A stretch of 64,000 bases of DNA from Minisyncoccia bacterium (GTDB lineage: Bacteria; Patescibacteriota; Minisyncoccia; SW-4-49-11). Both the position numbers and the translations under genes were made by a program. Positions 37,197 through 47,479 of the stretch are shown in pieces. The stretch is taken from NCBI GenBank assembly GCA_044356325.1, contig JBIKWJ010000001.1, positions 152,992 to 216,991 on the forward strand, read 5' to 3'. Position 1 is the stretch's first letter. Each line of letters begins with the position of its first letter. Below the pieces are notes generated by a model. The model had not been told where the DNA came from, made no database searches, and saw only the letters and a list, made by a program, of their open reading frames with translations.

Positions 37197-38192
37197 TTAT
37201 GGAAGATATTGTTGTTTAGCCTTGACATGCTCCTCAAAGGTTTTAGAGAATATCGTCTTGGGGGGATTATCTCTTGTTGTGAGGAAAAAGTAATAATCAC
37301 TGGGAGTTGGGTTAATAACTGCTTTTATTGCCTCTACACTTGGATTAGTAATAGGTCCTGGTGGAAGTCCTCCAATTTGATACGTATTATAGGGAGAGTC
37401 AATTTTTAAATCATCCAAAGTAGATTGAGAGCGCCCTGATTGAGTAATAAAATTAACCGTTGCATCACTTTGTAATTTCATTCCATCTTTCAATCTATTC
37501 AAGAATATTCCTGATACAATTTGCCTATCCTTTGGAATAGCAACCTCTTTTTCTACAATAGAAGCTAGTATTAATACTTGATAACTTGATAAGGTATCTG
37601 TAGCCTTGAGACTAGGTAAAGCTTTTTTTTGAAAATTATTGACCATTTTGATAATCACATCTTCAGCACTCGCATCATCAAAAAATCGATAGGTATCAGG
37701 ATACAAATATCCTTGTAATGATTTATTTTCTATAAAGTCATATTTAGTTGTATCAAATTTCTCAGTTGCTTTTACAAAATCCGCTCTATTAAAACTAAGA
37801 CCTGATTCAAGAATATCCCCTATTTCATAAATATCTGAACCCTCTGGAATAGTTATAGTGACTTCGGGTCTTGTCAATAAACCTCGAGCTATCATTTTGA
37901 TAACCTGATCTGTATTCATTGTTTTGGGAATAGTATAAGTTGCTGATTTTGGACTTAATCTCCTAAATGCAATATAAAAATTCAACCCATCTGTTCTAGA
38001 AATAATATTGTTTTTTTGTAAATTAACAATAATAGTATCCCAGGATTCATTTTCCTTTACCTGAAAGGTCACTGAATCCTCTATGGTAACAGGAGCACCC
38101 AAAGTATTGACTACATTTACAATATAAACAGCTCCTGCAATACCTATAATAAATATTATTAATAATACCCAATATATGATTTTCTTAATCAT
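37197..38192 (-). CDS. mltG: Endolytic murein transglycosylase MltG (YceG-like)
   Basis: 331 aa. N-terminal TM. LQSDATVNF and GLPPGPITNP signatures of YceG/MltG. Confidence 0.8.
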   Translation of the reverse strand: MIKKIIYWVLLIIFIIGIAGAVYIVNVVNTLGAPVTIEDSVTFQVKENESWDTIIVNLQKNNIISRTDGLNFYIAFRRLSPKSATYTIPKTMNTDQVIKMIARGLLTRPEVTITIPEGSDIYEIGDILESGLSFNRADFVKATEKFDTTKYDFIENKSLQGYLYPDTYRFFDDASAEDVIIKMVNNFQKKALPSLKATDTLSSYQVLILASIVEKEVAIPKDRQIVSGIFLNRLKDGMKLQSDATVNFITQSGRSQSTLDDLKIDSPYNTYQIGGLPPGPITNPSVEAIKAVINPTPSDYYFFLTTRDNPPKTIFSKTFEEHVKAKQQYLP

Positions 38193-38196
38193 ATGT

Positions 38197-39267
38197 TTAT
38201 ACTTTATCTTCTAGATCAGCTGACTTCAATAAAGCATTGATTTGCTTTACATCTTGAACTTTATCAATATGAGATACTAATAAAGCATCTTTAGTCTCTA
38301 CTATAACTATATCACGAATTCCAATTGTGGCAATAATTTTATCCTTATTATGAGAATGTACCAATATATGTTCTGAATCAATATCAAAGTGTTTAGAGCT
38401 TCCTTTATGAGTTACCGTAATATCATCTACTTGCAACATATCTTTAAGCGATGACCAAGAACCAATATCACTCCAGCCAATATCAGCAGGGATTACTGCA
38501 ATATGATTAGCTTTTTCCATAATTCCATAGTCAAAACTAATCGCATCTGTTTGATGATATAACTCCTCTATATTTGCTTCTTTATGTAATTCTATATCGA
38601 CTAAAATTTTTGCAGTATCTGGTAAATATTCTTGATACATTGACGCTAATGTCTGTTTTTGTACCACAAACATACCTGAATTCCAAACATAATGCCCATC
38701 AGCAAGATATTCTGTTGCTGTTTTGAAATCTGGTTTTTCTACAAAGGCATCAACCGCATATACTGATATATCCTGATTTTCCACCAAAGCGTCTTGCCCA
38801 TATCGGATATATCCATATCCTGTCTCTGGAGCAGTTGGGGTTATACCTAGAGTAATAATATATTCTGGGGATTGTTGCAAAAATTCATCTGCAATTTGTA
38901 ATATATTACATAATTCTTGAGGCTTATGAATATAATGATCCGCCGCTAAAAAAGCAATGGCTTCATCAGGCCTTGCCTCAACCGATATGTTCGCCAGCCC
39001 AATTGCAGGCGCTGTATCTCTTTTTTCTGGCTCTAAAATAATATGATGTATTGGTAACTCTGGTAATTCGTGTAATACTTCCTCTCTATATTGATGATTT
39101 GTTGCAATATAAATATCCTCTAAACTGAAATGACTTAATAGTCGCTTTACTGTCATTTGCAACATTGTCTCATCACCGAATAATGGTTGAAATTGTTTGG
39201 GCTTAGAAATTCTACTAAGAGGCCATAATCGTGTTCCTGTACCACCAGCCATAATAATAATTTTCAT
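38197..39267 (-). CDS. Mannose-1-phosphate guanylyltransferase-like nucleotidyltransferase
   Basis: 356 aa. MKIIIMAGGTGTRLWPLS sugar-nucleotidyltransferase P-loop plus a cupin-less ManC-like body. Confidence 0.7.
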   Translation of the reverse strand: MKIIIMAGGTGTRLWPLSRISKPKQFQPLFGDETMLQMTVKRLLSHFSLEDIYIATNHQYREEVLHELPELPIHHIILEPEKRDTAPAIGLANISVEARPDEAIAFLAADHYIHKPQELCNILQIADEFLQQSPEYIITLGITPTAPETGYGYIRYGQDALVENQDISVYAVDAFVEKPDFKTATEYLADGHYVWNSGMFVVQKQTLASMYQEYLPDTAKILVDIELHKEANIEELYHQTDAISFDYGIMEKANHIAVIPADIGWSDIGSWSSLKDMLQVDDITVTHKGSSKHFDIDSEHILVHSHNKDKIIATIGIRDIVIVETKDALLVSHIDKVQDVKQINALLKSADLEDKV

Positions 39268-39278
39268 ATCTATACCGT

Positions 39279-39977
39279 TTATTTGCCTCTTCTTTGTCCT
39301 CTTGTTTTATACTCTGCAATAGCTGCATCAAATTCAGCCATTCCAAAATCTGGATAATTCATATCTGTAAAATAATATTGTGAATTAGCGGTATCCCACA
39401 TCATAAATCCTACACTATTATGAGGCTCGCCTCCTGTACGAATTAATAAATCTACCGGTGGTAAATCCTTCGTATATAATGATTGCTTAATAAGTTCTGG
39501 GGTGACTATTAAGTCTGGGTTTTGTAATTTTTGTTCACTAATAGATTGAATTGCTCTTAACATTTCTTCATCTCCATTATATCCAAGGAGAAAATTAAGG
39601 GTGTAATTAGAGTATCCTTGCGTTGTATCAATAACTTTTTGAATAATTGTTTGTAGTGATTCTGGGAATAGTTCTTGCCAGCGACCCAACATATTTACTT
39701 TTACCCCTTGTTTATGAATTTCTTTATAGGTAAGTAAATAGTTAAAATATTTTTGAAAGCCCCCATATAAATGCTTAACCTCCTCTTCTTCTCTTTTTAC
39801 CAAATTATCTAATGAAGTTCCCCAAAAAGTAAGATTTTTTACTCTCCCAATAAAAGCTTTTTCTATAATTTCTCGCCCTCTTTCAAAACCCTCTAAATGC
39901 CCCTGTTCTTCAGTTTTCCCATTAGCCCGAGCCCAACGACGATTCCCATCAGGAATAATTGCAATATGATCTATCAT
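39279..39977 (-). CDS. uppS: Undecaprenyl diphosphate synthase
   Basis: 232 aa. HIAIIPDGNRRWA cis-prenyltransferase signature. Confidence 0.85.
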   Translation of the reverse strand: MIDHIAIIPDGNRRWARANGKTEEQGHLEGFERGREIIEKAFIGRVKNLTFWGTSLDNLVKREEEEVKHLYGGFQKYFNYLLTYKEIHKQGVKVNMLGRWQELFPESLQTIIQKVIDTTQGYSNYTLNFLLGYNGDEEMLRAIQSISEQKLQNPDLIVTPELIKQSLYTKDLPPVDLLIRTGGEPHNSVGFMMWDTANSQYYFTDMNYPDFGMAEFDAAIAEYKTRGQRRGK

Positions 39978-40010
39978 AGTATCAGAATTTTATTCATATA
40001 TTAAAATATA

Positions 40011-41363
40011 TTATAGCATATTTTGAGTAATTTTCCAGACATCTCCAGCTCCCATAGTTACAATAATAGTTTCTGGACCTTGTATTTGCTTTAAATCATA
40101 TATAAGGACTGATTCAGTCTCATATATGGTAATATTTTTATTATGAATAAATGGTAATATATCAGTACTAGTAATTATACCCTTTTGTTCTCGGGCTGAT
40201 GCATATATTGGAAGAAGATAAATATAATCAGCTTCAGATAAAGCCTCACCAAATTCTTGCAATAAGGCTTGTGTGCGACTAAAAGTATGGGGCTGAAATA
40301 CACAATGAATACTATGATGAGGATATTTTTCTCTCAAAGCCTGTAATCCCGCCTTAATCTCAGTTGGATGATGCGCATAATCATCAATAATAATAACTCC
40401 ATCTTGTGTCATCCCTTTATATTGAAGTCGTCTTTGCGTTCCATGAAAATTAGCTAATGATTGTATACTCTCATTAATATCAAATCCTCTTGAATATAAT
40501 AAGGCAATACAAGACAAAGCATTCAGGCGATTATGCTCTCCTGCAATAGATAATGTCAATTGATTATATTTTATTTTCTCAATAATAACATTATTATTTT
40601 CATCTAAAGTAATATCATTATCTCTATTAAACCCAAATTTGATAATTTTCCTATTTTTATCTTTAATATTAGGGAGAATATATTGAGCTATATTTTTATC
40701 GTCTCCATTGATAATTAAAGGCTTATTTGAGGGCAAATTATCAATTACATTAACAAAAGCCTGATAATAGATATTTGGGGTTTCAAAAAAATCGGGATGA
40801 TCATAATCGACATTAAGTATAATTAATCCTCCAATATCAAGATCCAAAAAATGATTCTGATATTCATCCGCCTCTACCACCAAATATTTTGAATTTTCAT
40901 CTCCTATACGAGCATTCCCCCCAAATTGAGGGACTACACTCCCAATAACTCCGAAAGGATTTTGATTTAATTCTTGTAAAACAAAAGTTAATAAAGCTGA
41001 GGTTGTTGTTTTTCCATGAGAGCCTGCTACTGCAATAGTATAATCAAATTGTTTACTAATATTTCCTAAAGCCTGACTATAGGTATAAAGAGGAATATTA
41101 CGAGATAATAATTCAATTACTTCAGGATTAGTTGGCTCTTTCCCTTCAAGATAATAAGCTCCTGAGACAACCGCATATTCAATTTCAGCTGGTATATTGT
41201 CAATATGAAAGGGAGATTTAACTGGGATATGGGCTCTATCTAATACCTCATCTGTCATAAAAACCTCAGCCACATCACTACCCATTACCTGTATTCCTTT
41301 TGCTTGCAAAACCTGAGCCAAAGCTGTCATGCCAACTCCTTTAATTCCGACCAAATATACCAT
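40011..41363 (-). CDS. murC: UDP-N-acetylmuramate--L-alanine ligase
   Basis: 450 aa. N-terminal GIKGVGMTALA Mur-ligase signature and an AGSHGKTTT P-loop. Confidence 0.85.
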   Translation of the reverse strand: MVYLVGIKGVGMTALAQVLQAKGIQVMGSDVAEVFMTDEVLDRAHIPVKSPFHIDNIPAEIEYAVVSGAYYLEGKEPTNPEVIELLSRNIPLYTYSQALGNISKQFDYTIAVAGSHGKTTTSALLTFVLQELNQNPFGVIGSVVPQFGGNARIGDENSKYLVVEADEYQNHFLDLDIGGLIILNVDYDHPDFFETPNIYYQAFVNVIDNLPSNKPLIINGDDKNIAQYILPNIKDKNRKIIKFGFNRDNDITLDENNNVIIEKIKYNQLTLSIAGEHNRLNALSCIALLYSRGFDINESIQSLANFHGTQRRLQYKGMTQDGVIIIDDYAHHPTEIKAGLQALREKYPHHSIHCVFQPHTFSRTQALLQEFGEALSEADYIYLLPIYASAREQKGIITSTDILPFIHNKNITIYETESVLIYDLKQIQGPETIIVTMGAGDVWKITQNML

Positions 41364-41367
41364 ATAC

Positions 41368-42474
41368 TTATTGATTTAATGAGAATAATTGTTCAGCAAT
41401 ATGAGCAGCAGCATCTGGAGTTGCAAATTGGACAGTCTGAGTAGACATAGATTCCAAAATATTAGGCTGCCTTAACAATTCATCTATTTTTCCGAGTACA
41501 ATATGAGGAGTAAAATTAGGTTCTTCTAATACAATACTTGCTCCAATCTTTGCCATTTCATAGGCATTAGAACGCTGTTGCCCAGCGTCAACCGTAATAG
41601 GCACCAAAATACTCGGTTTATGAGTGAGACAAATATCTGCAATACTTGAAGCCCCAGCTCGAGATATCACAATATCAGCAGCTGCATAGGCATGCTTCAT
41701 ATCATTATCAAGAAACCCTGCATAATGATATAATCTTTCTTGACTTGGAGGAAGTGATTTTTTAATTTTAGAGGCTGCAAGTACATTATTATTACCTACA
41801 ATATGAATAATTTCTACACTATTGGTTAAACTGGGTAAAATACTCCAAATCACTTCATTAATAATTCTAGCACCCTGACTTCCACCTACTACTAATAATA
41901 CGGGCTTTTCAAAAGTTAATTCAAAAACTCTCCCCGCATCTTCACGACTACCCTCTCTAATATCTGGATGAGTCATATTCCCCACAATACTAGTTTTCTT
42001 TTCTCCAAAAACAGAAGCCACATTGGGAAATCCGACTGCCACCACACTTGCAAAATGTCCTAAAAATTTATTAGCGAGCCCCGGCACAGAGTCTGACTCA
42101 TGAATTAATGTGGGCACTTGATATATCCATGATATTAATACTCCTGGAACACTCGCATAACCACCTTTTCCAAAGGTAATATCTGGCATAAATTTCCAAA
42201 TATACCATTGAGCTTTGAATAGTCCTGCAATTGCTCGAAATATATCCAAAAAATTATCAAAAGAAAAATAGCGTCTAATTTTCCCTGCATATACTGCTTT
42301 ATAAGGGATATTATGGGCTTCAAGTAATGATTTTCCCACCTCATCAAGATGCCCAACTAATAAAAATTCTATAGGAATTTGCTTTTCTTGAGCTAATCGT
42401 TCTAATTCCTGTTTAACTGCAATAATAGGTAAAATATGCCCTCCAGTTCCCCCACTCGCGAATAATACTCTCAT
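41368..42474 (-). CDS. murG: UDP-GlcNAc:undecaprenyl-PP-MurNAc-pentapeptide GlcNAc transferase
   Basis: 368 aa. N-terminal SGGTGGHILP glycosyltransferase-28 motif. Confidence 0.85.
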   Translation of the reverse strand: MRVLFASGGTGGHILPIIAVKQELERLAQEKQIPIEFLLVGHLDEVGKSLLEAHNIPYKAVYAGKIRRYFSFDNFLDIFRAIAGLFKAQWYIWKFMPDITFGKGGYASVPGVLISWIYQVPTLIHESDSVPGLANKFLGHFASVVAVGFPNVASVFGEKKTSIVGNMTHPDIREGSREDAGRVFELTFEKPVLLVVGGSQGARIINEVIWSILPSLTNSVEIIHIVGNNNVLAASKIKKSLPPSQERLYHYAGFLDNDMKHAYAAADIVISRAGASSIADICLTHKPSILVPITVDAGQQRSNAYEMAKIGASIVLEEPNFTPHIVLGKIDELLRQPNILESMSTQTVQFATPDAAAHIAEQLFSLNQ

Positions 42475-42522
42475 ATATGTTTTGTCTATATAGTATTATT
42501 GTATACAAGATTATAGCTTTGG

Positions 42523-44580
42523 TCAAATAATATCATTATCTTGTAATTCTTTTTCTGTAATAATAGTAATGCCTAATTTTTTTGCTTTTGAGAGTTTACT
42601 CCCAGCATCGAGCCCCACTATTAATATATCAGTTTTTAAACTTATCTGAGAAGCTACAATACCTCCCTGTTCTTCAATAATTGACTGTAATTCTTTTCGC
42701 GAAATGGTAGCAAATGTTCCGGTAATACAAATGGTTTTATCATTCCATTTCCCCTTTCTTACTGTCTCATATTCAATATTGATACCCGATTTAATAAGAC
42801 GAGATATGATATCGATATTATGAGTGTTATGAAAAAACTCAATAATAGATTGCGATACTTTATCCCCAATATCTGGAATATTTTGTAATTCTTCAATTGT
42901 AGTTATCAGTAAATCATCTAATGATTTGAAAGTACGAGATAATTGTAGCGCTGTTTGACTGCCAACCATTGGAATACCAAGAGCTTGAATAAATCGCCTA
43001 AAAGAAATATGCTTAGCATTCTGAATACTGGTAAACAAATTATGGGCAGACTTTTCACCAAAACCAGCAGTGACACGAATATCATCTAAAGTTAATGTAA
43101 ATATATCATTAATATGTTGTAATAATCCTGCTTCTTGCAAGCGAATTAATAATTTTTCACTAAGTCCCACAATATGAAACCCCTCTGCTGATACTGCATA
43201 AGACAAATATCCAATATTACGCGCAGGACATTTGGTATTTGGACAATATCTATTGACTTGATTCTCTTGTTGTATAAGTGGGGTATTACATTCGGGGCAA
43301 TTTTCTGGATATTGATATTCAGTCTCCACCCCTATTCTTAGCTCTGGTAATACTTGTACAATCTCAGGTATTACATCTCCTGCTCGCCTAATAATAACCG
43401 TATCTCCAATTTTCAAATTTAATCTTGCAATTTCATCTTGATTATGAAGAGTGGCTCTGGTCACAATCACCCCATATACATTAACAGGCTTCATAATTGC
43501 AACAGGAGTTACCTTCCCCGATCTTCCAACTTGAGAAATAATATCAACTACTTGAGTTGTTACCTCCTCAGCAGGAAATTTGTAGGCAATCATAAATCGA
43601 GGTCCTTTACCCGTAAATCCTAATTGATCTTGTATATTCTTATCATTGACTTTGACCACCATTCCATCATAAGCAAAATCAATCTCCTCTCTGAGAGAAT
43701 ATACATATTTATAATGGGCTTGCACCTCTTGTATATTGGATACTAATATATTTTCTTTAACCACAGGGAAGCCTAAAGTTTCCAAAATCCAATATTCCTC
43801 TTGTTGTGTTTGTTGTCCTAAATCAGTAATAAGCCCCCAAGCAAAAAAACTAAGCCCCCTACTCGCCGCAATACTACTATCTAATTGCCTGATTGACCCT
43901 GCAGCTAAATTTCGAGTATTAGCATATTCAGACTGACCATTTGTTTTTAATTCTCTATTCAATTTCTGTAATTGAGAATCCCTCATATAGACTTCTCCCC
44001 TTACCTCACAACTGCCCTGCCATTTTGATTGAAATCTCTCTGCCAAATCTGCATTATGAGATTTTAATTGCTGTATATTATCTTCTGTAATTGATAGGTA
44101 AAGAGGAATATCTTGAATAGTACGAATATTATGACTAATATTCTCTCCTTCTCTTCCATTGCCTCTTGTAAGACCCTGTACAAATTCTAAATTTTTATAA
44201 GTAAGGCTTACTGCCAGTCCATCTAATTTTAATTCTACAAAATATTGCCAATTATCATTATTAGATACAATACCCTTATTTCTGTGCTCCCATTGATATA
44301 ATTCCTCTTCATCAAAGACATCATTGAGGGATATCATCGGGACTTTATGTGCAATTTTCTCAAATTGACGTAATACCCCCCCCCCCACTTTTTGCGTTGG
44401 AGAATCTGGAGTAATAAGTTCTGGATATTCTGTCTCTAATGTTGATAATTCATGCATCAAACTATCCAATACCCCTCCCGAAACAGTCGATTTATCATTA
44501 ATATGATAGTTAGACCGATGTTTTTTTATCTCCTGCTTTAATTTTTGAATTCTATCAATAATATTTTTATTATAACTCAT
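42523..44580 (-). CDS. ligA: NAD-dependent DNA ligase
   Basis: KLDG adenylation lysine motif, a Zn-finger Cys cluster, HhH and BRCT regions. The track ORF extends to 44841, but the ATG at 44580 (MSYNKNIIDRIQKL...) is the plausible start. Confidence 0.85.
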   Translation of the reverse strand: MSYNKNIIDRIQKLKQEIKKHRSNYHINDKSTVSGGVLDSLMHELSTLETEYPELITPDSPTQKVGGGVLRQFEKIAHKVPMISLNDVFDEEELYQWEHRNKGIVSNNDNWQYFVELKLDGLAVSLTYKNLEFVQGLTRGNGREGENISHNIRTIQDIPLYLSITEDNIQQLKSHNADLAERFQSKWQGSCEVRGEVYMRDSQLQKLNRELKTNGQSEYANTRNLAAGSIRQLDSSIAASRGLSFFAWGLITDLGQQTQQEEYWILETLGFPVVKENILVSNIQEVQAHYKYVYSLREEIDFAYDGMVVKVNDKNIQDQLGFTGKGPRFMIAYKFPAEEVTTQVVDIISQVGRSGKVTPVAIMKPVNVYGVIVTRATLHNQDEIARLNLKIGDTVIIRRAGDVIPEIVQVLPELRIGVETEYQYPENCPECNTPLIQQENQVNRYCPNTKCPARNIGYLSYAVSAEGFHIVGLSEKLLIRLQEAGLLQHINDIFTLTLDDIRVTAGFGEKSAHNLFTSIQNAKHISFRRFIQALGIPMVGSQTALQLSRTFKSLDDLLITTIEELQNIPDIGDKVSQSIIEFFHNTHNIDIISRLIKSGINIEYETVRKGKWNDKTICITGTFATISRKELQSIIEEQGGIVASQISLKTDILIVGLDAGSKLSKAKKLGITIITEKELQDNDII

Positions 44581-44593
44581 AGTTTGGTATATA

Positions 44594-45895
44594 TTATCTA
44601 ATGTAAACCTCAACTCTTGCTTTTCTATTAATACCCGTGGAGTCGTTACAACAATGCACCACATCTCCTGCTGAATAATTTGTACCATTAACTCCCCATA
44701 CCCCCCCCATACCAATGCCTCCAGAAACATCGTTTGAACCAATATATGGAGTAGAAGTACTTGGTTGTAATGAGTACAAACCTTCTCCATTTTCATTCCA
44801 TCCAAACCCCCATCTAACTTTTCCATGCGATACGCCACCATAAGGATAACTCACATAATTAAACCCATAAAATTGAATATCTGGTTGACTACTAAATATA
44901 CCATTTTTCCAACCACTGAAAGTTTTTGCATCCATTATAAACTTACCCCCTCCAAAAGATGTCATAGGATATGTTTTACTAAAAAAATTTATTGGTGCTA
45001 TTTTATTAGCATTCCCTGCTCCATTAAAATTTTCTGCTAACCATGTCCAGCCCAATTGAGAAGCATTTATAGAGCCTCCGTTTTGTATATCAGGCCAGAT
45101 AGCCATAATGTCTTGTGCTTCAAAATAATTCATAGTGTTAAACTTAGCATCTGAGTCATTTCTAGTAGTATCATTTGGATTTAAAACTGTAGCAGTAGTC
45201 CAATGATTAGAATCGTATCCAAAGGTAGTACCCTGCGTTGCTTTCATCATCATCATCCAACCACCACCAGCATAAATAGGGTCTAGAATACAGTAAACTT
45301 TTGTTGGCCCTACTACGGGTAAATCAATCCAGTATGCTCCATTACTAGTAAATCCTTTTTCTACTAAATACTTAGCACTTGGAGCCGCTTTAGCTACCGA
45401 AGATCCATCCTTTACTTGAACAGAAGAGACTTGAAACGCTTGTTCCAAGGTTCGCTCTATAATAGTATTACCCCTAACCACTCTTCCTTTAGCAATAATA
45501 AGAGGTAATATTGGAGGAGTTACTAGAATATTACCTGCTTGAAACTCAACCCTATATTGAATAGATGATACACCTACACTAGATAATTCAATCCACTCCT
45601 TTCCAGAACTATCTGTTTCTATTGTTTCCCCAATAGTACTACTATTAGGCCAAGTACTATTTAATGGGATAGCAATATCAACATCACCCTTTTGTACCCA
45701 TTGATATTGCCAGGCATCAAGCCCTGTATTAGCAGCTTGTAATGCCTGTTGGGAATACATATTTTCTCGAGATATACGAGATTCAACGGTAACTTTTTGA
45801 GACAATGCCAATAATAATATAAGCATTGTAGCTGATACCATAATAGTAACAAATAGAGTAATATCTCCTTTATACTGTTGTGGGCTATTCTTCAT
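44594..45895 (-). CDS. Pilus-associated protein with an N-terminal pilin-like TM segment and a putative fibrinogen-related (FReD-like) lectin domain
   Basis: 433 aa. KVYCILDPIYAGGGWMMMMKATQGTTFGYDSNHW resembles the FReD core VYCDM..DGGGWTV..R.DGS..F.R.W. Last gene of the pilin gene block. Confidence 0.45.
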   Translation of the reverse strand: MKNSPQQYKGDITLFVTIMVSATMLILLLALSQKVTVESRISRENMYSQQALQAANTGLDAWQYQWVQKGDVDIAIPLNSTWPNSSTIGETIETDSSGKEWIELSSVGVSSIQYRVEFQAGNILVTPPILPLIIAKGRVVRGNTIIERTLEQAFQVSSVQVKDGSSVAKAAPSAKYLVEKGFTSNGAYWIDLPVVGPTKVYCILDPIYAGGGWMMMMKATQGTTFGYDSNHWTTATVLNPNDTTRNDSDAKFNTMNYFEAQDIMAIWPDIQNGGSINASQLGWTWLAENFNGAGNANKIAPINFFSKTYPMTSFGGGKFIMDAKTFSGWKNGIFSSQPDIQFYGFNYVSYPYGGVSHGKVRWGFGWNENGEGLYSLQPSTSTPYIGSNDVSGGIGMGGVWGVNGTNYSAGDVVHCCNDSTGINRKARVEVYIR

Positions 45896-45938
45896 ATTAC
45901 TATTAATTATTTAAGAGTTTATACAACCAGATTATTTA

Positions 45939-46937
45939 TTAAGGGAGATCTCTAATAGGACCAGTACCTGTTGGCCAGACACAGTTAACATTTATATGGT
46001 AGTTACCATTATAATCACCATAATTATTACAAGTCTCAGTCCCCCCAGGTTGAAATCCTTGTATACTAGAGCCTGGTCCAGCAGGTACTCCCCATACAGT
46101 TGAACAAATAGAACTTATAACTCCAGGGTCAGTACAGGCACCCTCAAAACCAGTTGGACCTCCCGCACAAGTATCCGCATATCCTGAGTAAGCTGTATAA
46201 GCTTGAGTTAATTCACATTTCCATATACCACTTCTCTTAACTGCGCTATAAGCAATGCCTCCACTCTGTGTTGCACCATTACACGATGTCCGGCTTCTAA
46301 GATTGTAAAGTGTATTACATCTAATCTGTGCTTCTGGTTGAGTTAATATTGGTGTTGGAGTTGGAGTTGGTGTTGGTGTTGGAGTTGGTGTTGGAGTTGG
46401 TGTTGGAGTTGGTGTTGGAGTTGGTGTTGGAGTTGGTGTTGGAGTTGGTGTTGGTGGAGTTAAAGAATTATTTCGTGGCATTGTAGTTGATTGCATTGTA
46501 ACTGTATCTTTACCATCTACAGATTTGGCTGTAATAACTACAGTCACTATAGTTCCTGGGCTATTATTATTTACTGAACTACCATCCCCAGCCTTAATAA
46601 AAAATCTAATATCCTCAACGGTAAATACACTAGAATCAGTATAGGCATTACCTGACTTATTGATAATATTGCCAGCTTTTGTATATACTACATTTGCACC
46701 ACTTTGATCTTTAAATGATAATGCACCTGATGCATTAATACTAAGATTCGATGAGGTTCTCAATTCTTTGTCCATCACATTCAAAACAAATTGCACATTA
46801 TCTCTTACATTATCACTTTGTTGAGAATCTCTTTGATATTTGATAATATTAGTAATAGGTTGGGCTACTACCAATACAATAATAGATAATATACCGATTA
46901 CCACTGTTAATTCTGTTAGAGTAAATCCTTTTCTCAT
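45939..46937 (-). CDS. Type IV pilin-like protein with a (TP)n linker and a Cys-rich C-terminal domain
   Basis: Prepilin leader MRKGFTLTELTVVIG is a class III signal. About 25 tandem TP dipeptides. The C-terminal roughly 130 aa contain 10 Cys. Confidence 0.6.
   Translation of the reverse strand: MRKGFTLTELTVVIGILSIIVLVVAQPITNIIKYQRDSQQSDNVRDNVQFVLNVMDKELRTSSNLSINASGALSFKDQSGANVVYTKAGNIINKSGNAYTDSSVFTVEDIRFFIKAGDGSSVNNNSPGTIVTVVITAKSVDGKDTVTMQSTTMPRNNSLTPPTPTPTPTPTPTPTPTPTPTPTPTPTPTPTPTPTPILTQPEAQIRCNTLYNLRSRTSCNGATQSGGIAYSAVKRSGIWKCELTQAYTAYSGYADTCAGGPTGFEGACTDPGVISSICSTVWGVPAGPGSSIQGFQPGGTETCNNYGDYNGNYHINVNCVWPTGTGPIRDLP
46351..46462. repeat. Tandem repeat (ggtgtt/ggagtt units, about 9 x 12 bp) encoding the (TP)n linker
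   Basis: Perfect 6/12-bp periodicity visible in the DNA. Confidence 0.8.
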
Positions 46938-46953
46938 ATATTTAATCCGCAAT

Positions 46954-47478
46954 CTATTTTTTATTAATATCAAATAATTCCATATCTGCTGAATATATTT
47001 TGGTCTTATTTAAATTCAAGTTTCTTACTATAACGGTACTTTTAACTTTTATTCTATCTAGATTAACTGTATCCGATTGTACGGTAATATAGCGATAAAA
47101 TATAGTACCAGCAGTACCCAAAATATAACCATTATTGCCATCTTGTATTAAAGAACAGGTATTATTCCAGGTAGTTGTACTACAAGTTGAAGTTAAGCTC
47201 AAACCATTTTGAATATTCGTTTTATAATCAACTACATATTTACCATCAGCCAATCCAGCATTCCATACTGCCCCTGGGGTAGTGTCATTAAGATTACTTT
47301 GATATATGGCTCTTACTATCTCTAATCCCTCGGACATCAATAAATTAGCAGTATTATCATATTGCTTATCAAACTTAGCTTTAATAATACCTACCTGTAA
47401 ATTTAAAAGTGGAATAAAGGTAATTAATAATATTGATATTGCAACCAATGCACCTACTAATGTGGCTCCTTTTTTCAT
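46954..47478 (-). CDS. Minor pilin-like protein (non-canonical, lacks Glu5)
   Basis: 174 aa. MKKGATLVGALVAISILL hydrophobic N-terminus after a basic leader. Sits inside the pilin gene block. Confidence 0.45.
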   Translation of the reverse strand: MKKGATLVGALVAISILLITFIPLLNLQVGIIKAKFDKQYDNTANLLMSEGLEIVRAIYQSNLNDTTPGAVWNAGLADGKYVVDYKTNIQNGLSLTSTCSTTTWNNTCSLIQDGNNGYILGTAGTIFYRYITVQSDTVNLDRIKVKSTVIVRNLNLNKTKIYSADMELFDINKK

Positions 47479-47479
47479 A

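Noticed and set aside
42523-44841. ORF-track version of ligA extending 87 codons upstream into the preceding pilus gene
   Set aside because: The extension (MVAYRMEKLDGG...) has no similarity to ligase N-termini and overlaps the 3' end of the 433-aa gene. The ATG at 44580 gives a canonical LigA N-terminus.
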